DNA of 64,000 bases from Minisyncoccota bacterium (GTDB lineage Bacteria > Patescibacteriota > Minisyncoccia > Phycocordibacterales > CAJBRS01): NCBI GenBank assembly GCA_017881075.1, contig JADGRH010000006.1, positions 48,154-112,153 of the forward strand, written 5' to 3'. Under the pieces are notes generated by a model, which ran no database searches, was not told the origin of the DNA, and saw only the letters and a list, made by a program, of their open reading frames with translations. Positions 28,639 to 36,812 of the stretch are shown here, one piece after another. Position 1 is the first letter of the stretch. Each line of letters begins with the position of its first letter. The position numbers were made by a program, and so were the translations under genes.

Positions 28639-29105
28639 ATGTCTAAAATCCGAAACAAGGCAATGCCGGCGGCGACGGAGACATTCAGGGATTCTTTCTT
28701 CCCTTTCATGGGGATCTGGCAGATGATATCGCATTGATCAAGTATTTCCTTTGGAATGCCGTGAACTTCTTCACCAAGAATGATAGCAGAGGGGTATTTC
28801 AATTTCACTTCTTTGTAATCAATTGCGTCCGGCGATTGTTCCAAAGCGATAATTTGCACTCCTTCCTTTTTTAGTTTTTGAATTAATGCTTCGGCCGACG
28901 GCAGGTGCTCCCACTTCAATGATCGTTCGGCGCCAAGGGCCACTTTGGAGAGATCTGGTCGCGGACGGCCGAAGCGATCAGTTGGCGCCGGTGTCGTGCC
29001 AATCAAGTAAATCTTTCCAACACCAGCCCCGTCCGCCGTCCGAAAAATGGAACCGACATTGTGAACGCTTCGGATATTATTGAGGATAAGATATAATTTA
29101 TTCAT
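28635..29105 (-). CDS. SpoU/TrmH/TrmL-family RNA 2'-O-methyltransferase (SPOUT)
   Basis: HNVGSIFRTADGAGV...YLIGTT and GIALFRI SPOUT knot motifs; 156 aa. Confidence 0.8.
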   Translation of the reverse strand: MNKLYLILNNIRSVHNVGSIFRTADGAGVGKIYLIGTTPAPTDRFGRPRPDLSKVALGAERSLKWEHLPSAEALIQKLKKEGVQIIALEQSPDAIDYKEVKLKYPSAIILGEEVHGIPKEILDQCDIICQIPMKGKKESLNVSVAAGIALFRILDI

Positions 29106-29496
29106 GTTTCATATTCTAACCCCTTTTCCCAACCTTCTCATCTACAGCCTTTGGGCACCAATCATTTTACGTGTAGCTCTCGGTTACTTCTTTTTCATGG
29201 TGGCTATTTCCAGATTTAAAACGGTTTCCTCTAGCGAAGGATCGTTGGCAACACCCACGAGTTGGAAGATCTTAGGAGTTGTGGAAATTATCCTGGCTAT
29301 TTGTTTTGTTGCAGGTCTGGGTATTCAGATAGATGCCCTGATCTCGATCATCCTTATCGGCACCGCTTTGATCTTCTTTCAAGATACTTACTATCTTAGA
29401 AAATATTCTAAAGAGGCCCTATGGCTCCTTCTTCTCATTTCCTTTTCTCTCCTCCTCTCCGGCGCCGGCCTCCCGGCAATTGATTTGCCGTTATAA
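29080..29496 (+). CDS. hypothetical membrane protein (DoxX-like topology)
   Basis: 138 aa, four hydrophobic segments. Weak call. Confidence 0.35.
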   Translation: MRIRYNLFMFHILTPFPNLLIYSLWAPIILRVALGYFFFMVAISRFKTVSSSEGSLATPTSWKILGVVEIILAICFVAGLGIQIDALISIILIGTALIFFQDTYYLRKYSKEALWLLLLISFSLLLSGAGLPAIDLPL

Positions 29497-29529
29497 TCTG
29501 TTATATTTTCTATCTGTTAGTCATATTAA

Positions 29530-29602
29530 CCGCCCGTAGCTCAGTCGGTAGAGCAGCTCCCTTTTAAGGAGATGGTCGCAGGTTCGATTCCTGCCGGGCG
29601 GA
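29530..29602 (+). tRNA. tRNA-Lys (anticodon TTT)
   Basis: Acceptor CCGCCCG/CGGGCGG, D-arm GCTC-AGTCGGTA-GAGC, anticodon loop CTTTTAA (TTT), T-arm GCAGG-TTCGATT-CCTGC, discriminator A. Confidence 0.85.
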
Positions 29603-29743
29603 CAAGAGAGAAAAATGCAAACCGCTTTGCATTTTTCGATACTTGTCCGAGCCGCAGTCATGTTGAGGCTTTGCGAGACAGACGAGGCGGGGTCGCAGAA
29701 ATTTTGCTGCAGCAAAATTATCTGTGGCGACAGTTAAAAGGAG
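29599..29743 (+). repeat. direct repeat copy 1 (attL-like): tRNA-Lys 3' end plus trailer terminator hairpin plus conserved module C
   Basis: 98 bp (29599-29696) identical to 32913-33010, with continued similarity to about 29743. Contains a terminator-like hairpin AAAAATGCAAA-ccgc-TTTGCATTTTT and the gaggcggggtcgc-hairpin module. Confidence 0.7.
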
Positions 29744-29766
29744 GAGTGTTGGTAAGCTGTTGGCAA

Positions 29767-30525
29767 CTAAATCGCTTGTTTACTAACGATAGATTTCCAT
29801 ATAATTTCAAATTGTTCGCGTTGCATTTGAACCATACTCTTGTTTTCAATCAATATAGAAATAATCGGCTCTACTATCTGCGTAATAATTAATTTATGTG
29901 GGAGGATAACCAAATTGGCTGTTAAATCAACCTCTTTCGGTAAGAAACGGACCTCCTGGTTAGTATTTTTCTCTATCTGCTTATAGTAATGAGCATCTTC
30001 ATTATCTTGCAAAATTGTTCTTATTTTTAAATCAAGTTTTGCTCTTTTCTCGATGAAATTAGTGAAATACCTTCTATCCATACTTAAAAATCTTTTCATA
30101 TCGGAGAGGATTAAATATTCATCTCCTGGTTTAAGTCCATCGAGAATTTCATCATAGACAGTTTTTACTCCCTTAATGCCTTCATAATATTTAATAAAAC
30201 TTTCTCCACTTTTTAAGCTGTGTATGGCATTGAGTTCGGGTATCATGCTTTTTAAGCGATCCTTTTTCTGTTCAATTATCCCCTCTAATCTTTCGGGCCT
30301 CTCAGCCATAAAGAGTTTTTTAAGACCTTGAACCTCAGTAGTCATTATTCCTTTATTTTTAAGTGCGTCGATGACTGTGTAAATAGTGGTACGTTTTACA
30401 CCTGATTTTTTAGCTATTTCTTGAACGGTGGACGGACCTAATGATAGGGACGCCAAATAGACCAAAGCCTCATGCTCACTTAACCCAAAATCAATCAAAA
30501 TATCGGTTAATTCGTCTTTTTTCAT
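29767..30525 (-). CDS. TrmB-family transcriptional regulator
   Basis: N-terminal HTH (LSEHEALVYLASLSLGPSTVQEIAKKSGVKRTTIYTVIDALKNKG) and a TrmB-type C-terminal domain; 252 aa. Confidence 0.75.
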   Translation of the reverse strand: MKKDELTDILIDFGLSEHEALVYLASLSLGPSTVQEIAKKSGVKRTTIYTVIDALKNKGIMTTEVQGLKKLFMAERPERLEGIIEQKKDRLKSMIPELNAIHSLKSGESFIKYYEGIKGVKTVYDEILDGLKPGDEYLILSDMKRFLSMDRRYFTNFIEKRAKLDLKIRTILQDNEDAHYYKQIEKNTNQEVRFLPKEVDLTANLVILPHKLIITQIVEPIISILIENKSMVQMQREQFEIIWKSIVSKQAI

Positions 30526-30641
30526 AAAATGTCGATTAAATCGACAACAAATATATCATATAAAATATAGATATTATTGTCAATATAGATATATTGTCGA
30601 CACATTTGACACTACTGTTAAAAATTACTATAATACTTAAT
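30526..30641. promoter_or_regulatory. divergent promoter region with palindromic operator candidates
   Basis: Perfect palindrome GTCGATTAAATCGAC (30531-30545), a TGTCGACA palindrome about 30592, and a TATAAT -10-like hexamer just upstream of the aminotransferase start. Confidence 0.4.
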
Positions 30642-31955
30642 ATGAAAAATGTCAATTCAGTAAAAGTACTTGGAGCAAACAGAGGGGTCGTAATGCTCAA
30701 TAACGCTGCAACAACAGCGCCTTTTGCGAGTACCATGCTAGAAGTAAATAATTACCTTAAAGAATACGGCGCTCTACATCGTGGGTCTGGCCCTTATGCT
30801 AATAAGACTTATGATAAGGCTATTAAGGCGCAGTCGATTATTAGGAAGTTTATTGGCGCCAAAGATGAGACATGTCTTCTCTTTACTCAAAATACAAGCA
30901 GTGCGATCAATCTCTTTGTTCGTCTGCTTAATTTAAAGAAGGTTGATGTCATTCTGACTTCTTCAATAGAACACACCTCTAATAATCTACCGTATATCTA
31001 TAACAGCAAAGCTAGAGTAATTTACATCGATACATTTAATGATGGTTCAATCGACTACGCTGATTTAGAAAAGAAAGCTTCAAAATACGCGCTTCATTTA
31101 AAGCTCATTAGCATTACAGGAGCATCAAATCTAAGCGGATATATTCCAGATATTAAAAGAGTTGCCAATATAGCTCACAGGAACAATGCTCTGTTGTTTG
31201 TCGATGCGGCTCAGCTTGCGCCTCACAGACAAATTGATATGCAGAAATCTCATATTGATGCTTTAGCGTTCTCTGCCCATAAGATTTACGCACCTTTTGG
31301 CTTAGGAGTTCTTGCTATATCAAAATCGATATTAGATAAAACTCCAGTTGAACCAGGGGGAGGCTCAATAGACATGCTAAGCAATCACGGAGTTGTTTGG
31401 GCATCAGTGCCTAATCGACACCAAACAGGCACATGGAATGTCACCGGCATCGTAGCGCTTGGGGCCAGTTGTAAACAAATCATAGACACTGGTTGGAAAA
31501 AAATTGTTCAACATGAGCGAGAGCTAGTTGAATATACAACAAAAAATCTGAAAAAGGTTCCTGGTCTAGTTATGTACATAACGCCGGAAAAGTATTTAGA
31601 GGAAGACAGAATAGGAACTTTTGTTTTTAATCTACCGAGCTATCATCATGCATTACTATCTTCAATCTTAGATCGTGAATATGGTATAGAAACTCGCGCT
31701 GGGACAATTTGTAATCATAAGCTTGTCCGACGATGGTTTAAAGTCGACGACAAAGATCAACTAAGGATTGAAAAAGAAATCAGGGAGGGTAACAAATTGG
31801 CCTCATATGGAATTGTTCGAGTCAGTCTTGGCATGCAAAATACCAAGAAGGATATAGACAAATTGGTTACGGCTCTTATCTCAATTCAGAAAAACGGCCC
31901 AAAACTAAAATACAAAGCGGCACCCAAAGAGGAGGCTTATTCGGTAATAAAATAA
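30642..31955 (+). CDS. class V aminotransferase / cysteine desulfurase-like PLP enzyme
   Basis: PLP fold-type I with LAFSAHKIYAPFGLGVL (Lys-PLP site) and VDAAQLAPH. Start moved to ATG at 30642, because the first 16 track codons overlap the operator region. Confidence 0.75.
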   Translation: MKNVNSVKVLGANRGVVMLNNAATTAPFASTMLEVNNYLKEYGALHRGSGPYANKTYDKAIKAQSIIRKFIGAKDETCLLFTQNTSSAINLFVRLLNLKKVDVILTSSIEHTSNNLPYIYNSKARVIYIDTFNDGSIDYADLEKKASKYALHLKLISITGASNLSGYIPDIKRVANIAHRNNALLFVDAAQLAPHRQIDMQKSHIDALAFSAHKIYAPFGLGVLAISKSILDKTPVEPGGGSIDMLSNHGVVWASVPNRHQTGTWNVTGIVALGASCKQIIDTGWKKIVQHERELVEYTTKNLKKVPGLVMYITPEKYLEEDRIGTFVFNLPSYHHALLSSILDREYGIETRAGTICNHKLVRRWFKVDDKDQLRIEKEIREGNKLASYGIVRVSLGMQNTKKDIDKLVTALISIQKNGPKLKYKAAPKEEAYSVIK

Positions 31956-31959
31956 ACAT

Positions 31960-32658
31960 ATGAAAACTACAAACGTTAAAGCAGATAATTTAAATTACGA
32001 TCATTATGCAACGGGGAAGTATGATGCTGATATCCGCAGGGTTATTCCCGGCCATGAGGATTTACATAAAGAAATTGAAAATTTTGTTACTGACTATACT
32101 AAATCTAACAAGATATCTAGAGTTGCTGATCTTGGTATCGGCACGGGTCTTACCTCGGAGAGAATATTAAAACTTACACCTGATGCAGAACTTATTGCCA
32201 TTGATTTCTCTGATCAAATGATAGAAGGAGCAAAGAAGAGACTTGCTTCCTATAATGTTAAGTACCGGTTTGGTGATTATTCCGAAATTAATTTTGGAGA
32301 AAATTTCGATATTGTAACTTCAGTTATTGGAATCCATCATCAAAATACTGGGGGTAAAAAGAAGGTGTTTAAGAAAGTCTATGACTCTCTAAAGAAAGGA
32401 GGAGTCTTCATGTTTGGTGATTTAGTTACCTACCGAGACAAAGAAGAAGCGGCTTACAATGATGCAAAACATTATGCCTTGATGGTAAAAAATGCTGAGG
32501 ATGAGAAATCTCTTAGGGAGTGGGCTTATCACCATAAGTTTCTCAATGATCTGGCTCCAATCGAAGACCAAATTAAATGGTTAAAAGCTGTAGGCTTCAA
32601 ACATGTCACTGTTACATTTCAGTATCTAAACACAGCTTTGATTATTGCGGAGAAATAA
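31960..32658 (+). CDS. class I SAM-dependent methyltransferase
   Basis: VADLGIGTGLTSERIL motif I and downstream acidic motif II; 232 aa. Tightly linked to the aminotransferase gene. Confidence 0.8.
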   Translation: MKTTNVKADNLNYDHYATGKYDADIRRVIPGHEDLHKEIENFVTDYTKSNKISRVADLGIGTGLTSERILKLTPDAELIAIDFSDQMIEGAKKRLASYNVKYRFGDYSEINFGENFDIVTSVIGIHHQNTGGKKKVFKKVYDSLKKGGVFMFGDLVTYRDKEEAAYNDAKHYALMVKNAEDEKSLREWAYHHKFLNDLAPIEDQIKWLKAVGFKHVTVTFQYLNTALIIAEK

Positions 32659-32912
32659 AGCAAGATAGATCCAGAATAACATTGTTAACATCTAACATAG
32701 TACATTCCTGTTCAATCATTGCGGTTCTTATATCGACTACTAGACCGGAGTAGTATTCAACTTGTGAAAGTTGTGAACATCATTCGTTTTAATAGAATGA
32801 GATCAAGTTTTTTGCTCCTCCTTCTGCAAAGCCCTAATAAACAATAGTTTGTTATACAGACCTTCCATGTAATCTCCATCTGAAAGAATGGTTATAATAT
32901 TGTGATGGTCTC

Positions 32913-33057
32913 CGGACAAGAGAGAAAAATGCAAACCGCTTTGCATTTTTCGATACTTGTCCGAGCCGCAGTCATGTTGAGGCTTTGCGAGACAGACGAG
33001 GCGGGGTCGCGGAAATTTCCGAGTTGGCGAGGAAATTATCTGTGACGACATTAAAAG
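32913..33057 (+). repeat. direct repeat copy 2 (attR-like), including conserved module D
   Basis: 98-bp perfect match to 29599-29696, starting with the last 6 nt of tRNA-Lys (cggaca). Followed by a variant of the hairpin module. Confidence 0.7.
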
Positions 33058-33133
33058 ATGCTAATTGGCTATTGCATTTCCCTCATTTTCCCGTACTATC
33101 GTCTTTAGAAAACAAAAGGGAAAGATCTATAAA

Positions 33134-34198
33134 ATGAAAATATGCGGAATTAATTTCGGCCCGATCTGGGCTATGTCTGGCGCTTTGAATTTCTTCGGCG
33201 AAGGTTACAACTACCACAAACTACTGAAAGCTCTTCTTGGTGTTCGTGTCGACGGTCTTACCTTTGTGGCAAAGACCGTTACTCTGAAATCTCGGCAAGG
33301 AAACATGCCGATGAATGAGAGAACTCTTCAACCGAAAGAGCTTTTGCCCGCCTGTATCTGGATTAATCACAGAAAAGGCATCGCTCTAAACGCAGTCGGT
33401 CTCACCAATACTGGCATCTACAACATGATGCGACGGGGAATATGGCAGCAAAGAAAAGACCCCGGATTCTTTCTTTCCTTCATGCCGGTAGGTGAAACTT
33501 CGAAAGAAAGACTGGAAGAAGCGGCTTGTTTCGTCGAAATTGTCCTACAATTTCTGCACGAATTTAAATCGAAGCGATTCGGTATACAGATCAACTTGAC
33601 TTGCCCGAACACCGGCCACAAGGCAGAGACATTAATGGCGGAAGCAAATGGAATACTGACTGCTTTTCAGCCACTTGCTGAGCGAGGTATCGTCATTGGC
33701 GTAAAATTCAGTGTAGAAATCCCGCCGGAAACGGCGGTAGAGATCGCCAATCATCCGGTTTGCGACTTTGTTCATGTGAGCAACACTGTGCCATTCAGAG
33801 CTCTCCCGGATTTGATCGACTGGGACGCCTATTTCGGTAAGGTACCGGACCATTATCTTTCCGAGCTTAAGCTAGGCATTCGAAAATGGGGAGAGTACAA
33901 AGGGCCGGGCGGCTCGCCGCTGGTCATAGAAAGAGGACTGAAACAGCCTGGCGGCCTTTCCGGAGAACCACTACGACTATTGGTCGTTAACTGGGTCAGA
34001 CAAGTTCGTGAACTTGGTTGTACCAAACCGCTCAATGCCGGAGGAGGCATTCTGCATCCGTCTCACATTGACGAGCTTCGACGTGCCGACGCAGATAGCT
34101 ATTCCATCGGTAGCATCTTCTTTCTGCGGCCTTGGGCGATAAATGCCACCATCGCCAGGGCACATGAATTGAGCCAGTACGCCAGAGGATATCGTTAA
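33134..34198 (+). CDS. dihydroorotate dehydrogenase-family (FMN TIM-barrel) protein
   Basis: GLTNTG and NLTCPNTGHK motifs resemble the class 1 dihydroorotate dehydrogenase (DHOD) signature (N.SCPN). Start set at ATG 33134 (MKICGINFGP...). Confidence 0.65.
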   Translation: MKICGINFGPIWAMSGALNFFGEGYNYHKLLKALLGVRVDGLTFVAKTVTLKSRQGNMPMNERTLQPKELLPACIWINHRKGIALNAVGLTNTGIYNMMRRGIWQQRKDPGFFLSFMPVGETSKERLEEAACFVEIVLQFLHEFKSKRFGIQINLTCPNTGHKAETLMAEANGILTAFQPLAERGIVIGVKFSVEIPPETAVEIANHPVCDFVHVSNTVPFRALPDLIDWDAYFGKVPDHYLSELKLGIRKWGEYKGPGGSPLVIERGLKQPGGLSGEPLRLLVVNWVRQVRELGCTKPLNAGGGILHPSHIDELRRADADSYSIGSIFFLRPWAINATIARAHELSQYARGYR

Positions 34199-34260
34199 GA
34201 TTCGTCGGCCGGTCGCGTAAACTCTGCGACCGGCTCTTTTATTTTCCCTAGCGTCAGAGA

Positions 34261-35646
34261 TTAATTAGCAGAAGTAATTGTGAATTTAAGGGCGTTGCTG
34301 GTGCCGTTAATATTTGCCACCGAGATGGTGTGATCGCCTGGCTGGGTCATTTGTGAGGGGATATAGCATTGAGGTGATGTGTGGAAGCAGGCGTAATCGG
34401 TTCCTGAAGGAATAGTGAAGGAAATGCTGGTGCCATTTGATGAGCTTAGATTACTTAGATTATAGTACTCGCCTCCACTGAAATTTATTTTGTTTCCGGT
34501 TGCGGTAAACTTTGAACCATAAATTGTTACCTGCATACCTACCGGGCCCGAATTAGGTGAGAGCTGGCTTAAGGTTGGACCACCCACAGTTGAAAGAATA
34601 TCTACCTGAACTGTAGTTTTTGTCTGTGCTTGCCCTACTCCATTGCTCACTGTAAAAGTTTGAGTATAGATGCCTGCCTGTGAGTAGGAATGAGTAAAGG
34701 AAGCCGATTGCTGGAAGGATGATACTGGAGCAGCTGCGGCCGACGAAAAGTAACAAGGTGATTCACGATTTGGTGGACAATATTGACTCTCTCCCCAGTC
34801 TACAGCGTAGGAAAGTTGATTGTTTATCGGAGAAGCACTCTGATCATTTACTGGATTGGTTGCTTTCACGGTCCAGGTGCCCATTTGGTTTAGAGCAAGA
34901 GTAGTGGGCGCAGTCACTCCGTTTATAATCGGACCGCCGTTATTATTAGAAGAACCAACAATGAAGTTAACACTATTGCTTGTGCCGTTGATATTTGTAA
35001 CGGAGACGGGATAGTTGCCGGGTACTACTTGTTGGCTAGCAATTAGGCATTGTGGGCTGGAGTAGTAACAGCCTGGATTAAGAGAGTTAGGCACGGTAAA
35101 AGTAAGTGATGTGCCATTGCTACTTGAAATATTTGGAATTACTCCTCCACCAAAATTTACTGTATTTCCGTTTGAGACAAATCCATTTCCAAAAATGGTC
35201 ACTTGGGTTTGGGCGGGACCGGAGGAAGGCGAAATTGCGGAAAGGGAAATATTCCGATTAGTATCTCCACACCCTATTGATTGGAATTTAGCTCGAGTGA
35301 TCGAACCAAAATATCCGACTGCCGGATAAATTCCAAGACTGGCCTGGTAAGAAGCCAGCGCCTTTTTAGTCAAATTTCCAAAGTACCCTGTGGATACTCC
35401 CGGCGGCATAGTTAAATACCCTTTCAGTACTAAAATATTCTGCAAAACACTGACCTTTCCATTGCTGGCGGCGTCGACAGAGCCTACATGAAGATCTATG
35501 GGGCTTACATAAAGATCTTGGGACAGGGTGGGGCAGGAAGGAACAGGGCCGCTTACTGAAGATACAGGCCCGCTTTGCTGTGCAAAAATGGCTCCTGGGA
35601 TTAGGAGGCTAAGGCTAATAATGGCTGAAAATATTGTTTTTTTCAT
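34261..35646 (-). CDS. secreted cell-surface protein: peptidoglycan-binding domain plus repeated IPT/TIG-like beta domains
   Basis: Signal peptide. PG_binding_1-like segment (LQNILVLKGYL...ALASYQASLG). Two repeats: SPNSGPVGMQVTIYGSKF and SPSSGPAQTQVTIFGNGF. Confidence 0.55.
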   Translation of the reverse strand: MKKTIFSAIISLSLLIPGAIFAQQSGPVSSVSGPVPSCPTLSQDLYVSPIDLHVGSVDAASNGKVSVLQNILVLKGYLTMPPGVSTGYFGNLTKKALASYQASLGIYPAVGYFGSITRAKFQSIGCGDTNRNISLSAISPSSGPAQTQVTIFGNGFVSNGNTVNFGGGVIPNISSSNGTSLTFTVPNSLNPGCYYSSPQCLIASQQVVPGNYPVSVTNINGTSNSVNFIVGSSNNNGGPIINGVTAPTTLALNQMGTWTVKATNPVNDQSASPINNQLSYAVDWGESQYCPPNRESPCYFSSAAAAPVSSFQQSASFTHSYSQAGIYTQTFTVSNGVGQAQTKTTVQVDILSTVGGPTLSQLSPNSGPVGMQVTIYGSKFTATGNKINFSGGEYYNLSNLSSSNGTSISFTIPSGTDYACFHTSPQCYIPSQMTQPGDHTISVANINGTSNALKFTITSAN

Positions 35647-35680
35647 ATGTATTAAATAAGACGTTATTAATAATAAAACC

Positions 35681-36346
35681 TTACATTTTTAGAATAAACC
35701 TTTCAAGAGCTAAGTCAAACTCAAATAAGCCACGGTGAGCGTCGTGATATATGGAAACAAGGGTAAACGCGATTTTCTTTAGTTCATCGGCCGAGTATTT
35801 CCCGGCTTTACCCGAGAGAATCATATTTTTTACCTTCCACCAGAGAATGCCGTGGATTTCTTCGGGCACGGCATTCTTTCTAGCCGTCTGATAGAGGATC
35901 CAGAGTTTTCTTTTATCCCGATATTCCAGAGCGAAAGTCAGGCTGAAGATGTTGAATTTTTCTTTGCCTGCCCCGAGCTTTATCGAGGGGTCGGCGGAAA
36001 ATGCTTGCGCTTTTTCCGCCTGTTTCTCAATCCTAGTCAGGCTTGCCTTATCCAATTTCTGCTGAAGAATTATAAAGATGTGTGATGACTCTTTTAGATT
36101 GTTGAGAGACTTTAAAATAAATTCTTTCGCTTCCTCATTTTCAATGACTCTGTCTAAAATAACAATGTATTTATTTTCAAATAATCCTTGAGCCGTAATC
36201 AACTCTTCTAATTGAAATTGATTAAAGTTCTCCGCGTTAAATCTAAAAATGGAAGCATTCGGCTTCTTCTTTAATAGATCTTGCTGCAGGCTATTTGCTT
36301 TTTCTCTGACTTTCTCAAAATCAGTTCCGTGGAGAAGATAGAGCAT
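35681..36346 (-). CDS. holA: DNA polymerase III delta subunit-like (HolA) protein
   Basis: 221 aa. LYLLHGTDFEKVREKA N-terminus and overall helical C-terminus resemble the clamp-loader delta subunit. Weak call. Confidence 0.45.
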   Translation of the reverse strand: MLYLLHGTDFEKVREKANSLQQDLLKKKPNASIFRFNAENFNQFQLEELITAQGLFENKYIVILDRVIENEEAKEFILKSLNNLKESSHIFIILQQKLDKASLTRIEKQAEKAQAFSADPSIKLGAGKEKFNIFSLTFALEYRDKRKLWILYQTARKNAVPEEIHGILWWKVKNMILSGKAGKYSADELKKIAFTLVSIYHDAHRGLFEFDLALERFILKM

Positions 36347-36377
36347 ATGGAAAGTATATCAAAATAAAAGGCCAGCC

Positions 36378-36791
36378 TTACTGGACTGGCACATTTGCAC
36401 GTTCGATAGTGAGATAATCGGCCATTTTTTTGGCAAGATCGCAGGCCCAGATGTCAAAGACGCGATGGGATTGATAGCGGTCCCTAAAACCTGTAACCCA
36501 CGAGCTGGGGAAATCGCCGACCAAAATAACATCCGGTTTGATCTTTTCTTCCTCGAGATCCTCGGCCAACATAGGCAAGGAATATAGATCCGTCATGGTG
36601 TTAAAACTCACCACCACAACAGTCAGATTTGGTAAGCGTTTTACGATTTCCGAGAACTTCGATGGAGAGTACTCCAGTAACACTTGCTCTTCTGCTCTCT
36701 CACCAAAACGATTTATGAGACTTCCAATCCAGAGAGCATAGATATCTGGATTTCGTTCAAATACCAATGCTCTTATATTTTGTCTATCCAT
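36378..36791 (-). CDS. hypothetical protein
   Basis: 137 aa ORF immediately upstream of polA on the same strand. Confidence 0.4.
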   Translation of the reverse strand: MDRQNIRALVFERNPDIYALWIGSLINRFGERAEEQVLLEYSPSKFSEIVKRLPNLTVVVVSFNTMTDLYSLPMLAEDLEEEKIKPDVILVGDFPSSWVTGFRDRYQSHRVFDIWACDLAKKMADYLTIERANVPVQ

Positions 36792-36812
36792 TCTGAAAAA
36801 AGATTACCACAA

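Noticed and set aside
32803-33051. 82-aa minus-strand ORF
   Set aside because: Lies almost entirely within direct repeat copy 2. Its counterpart is not an ORF in copy 1.
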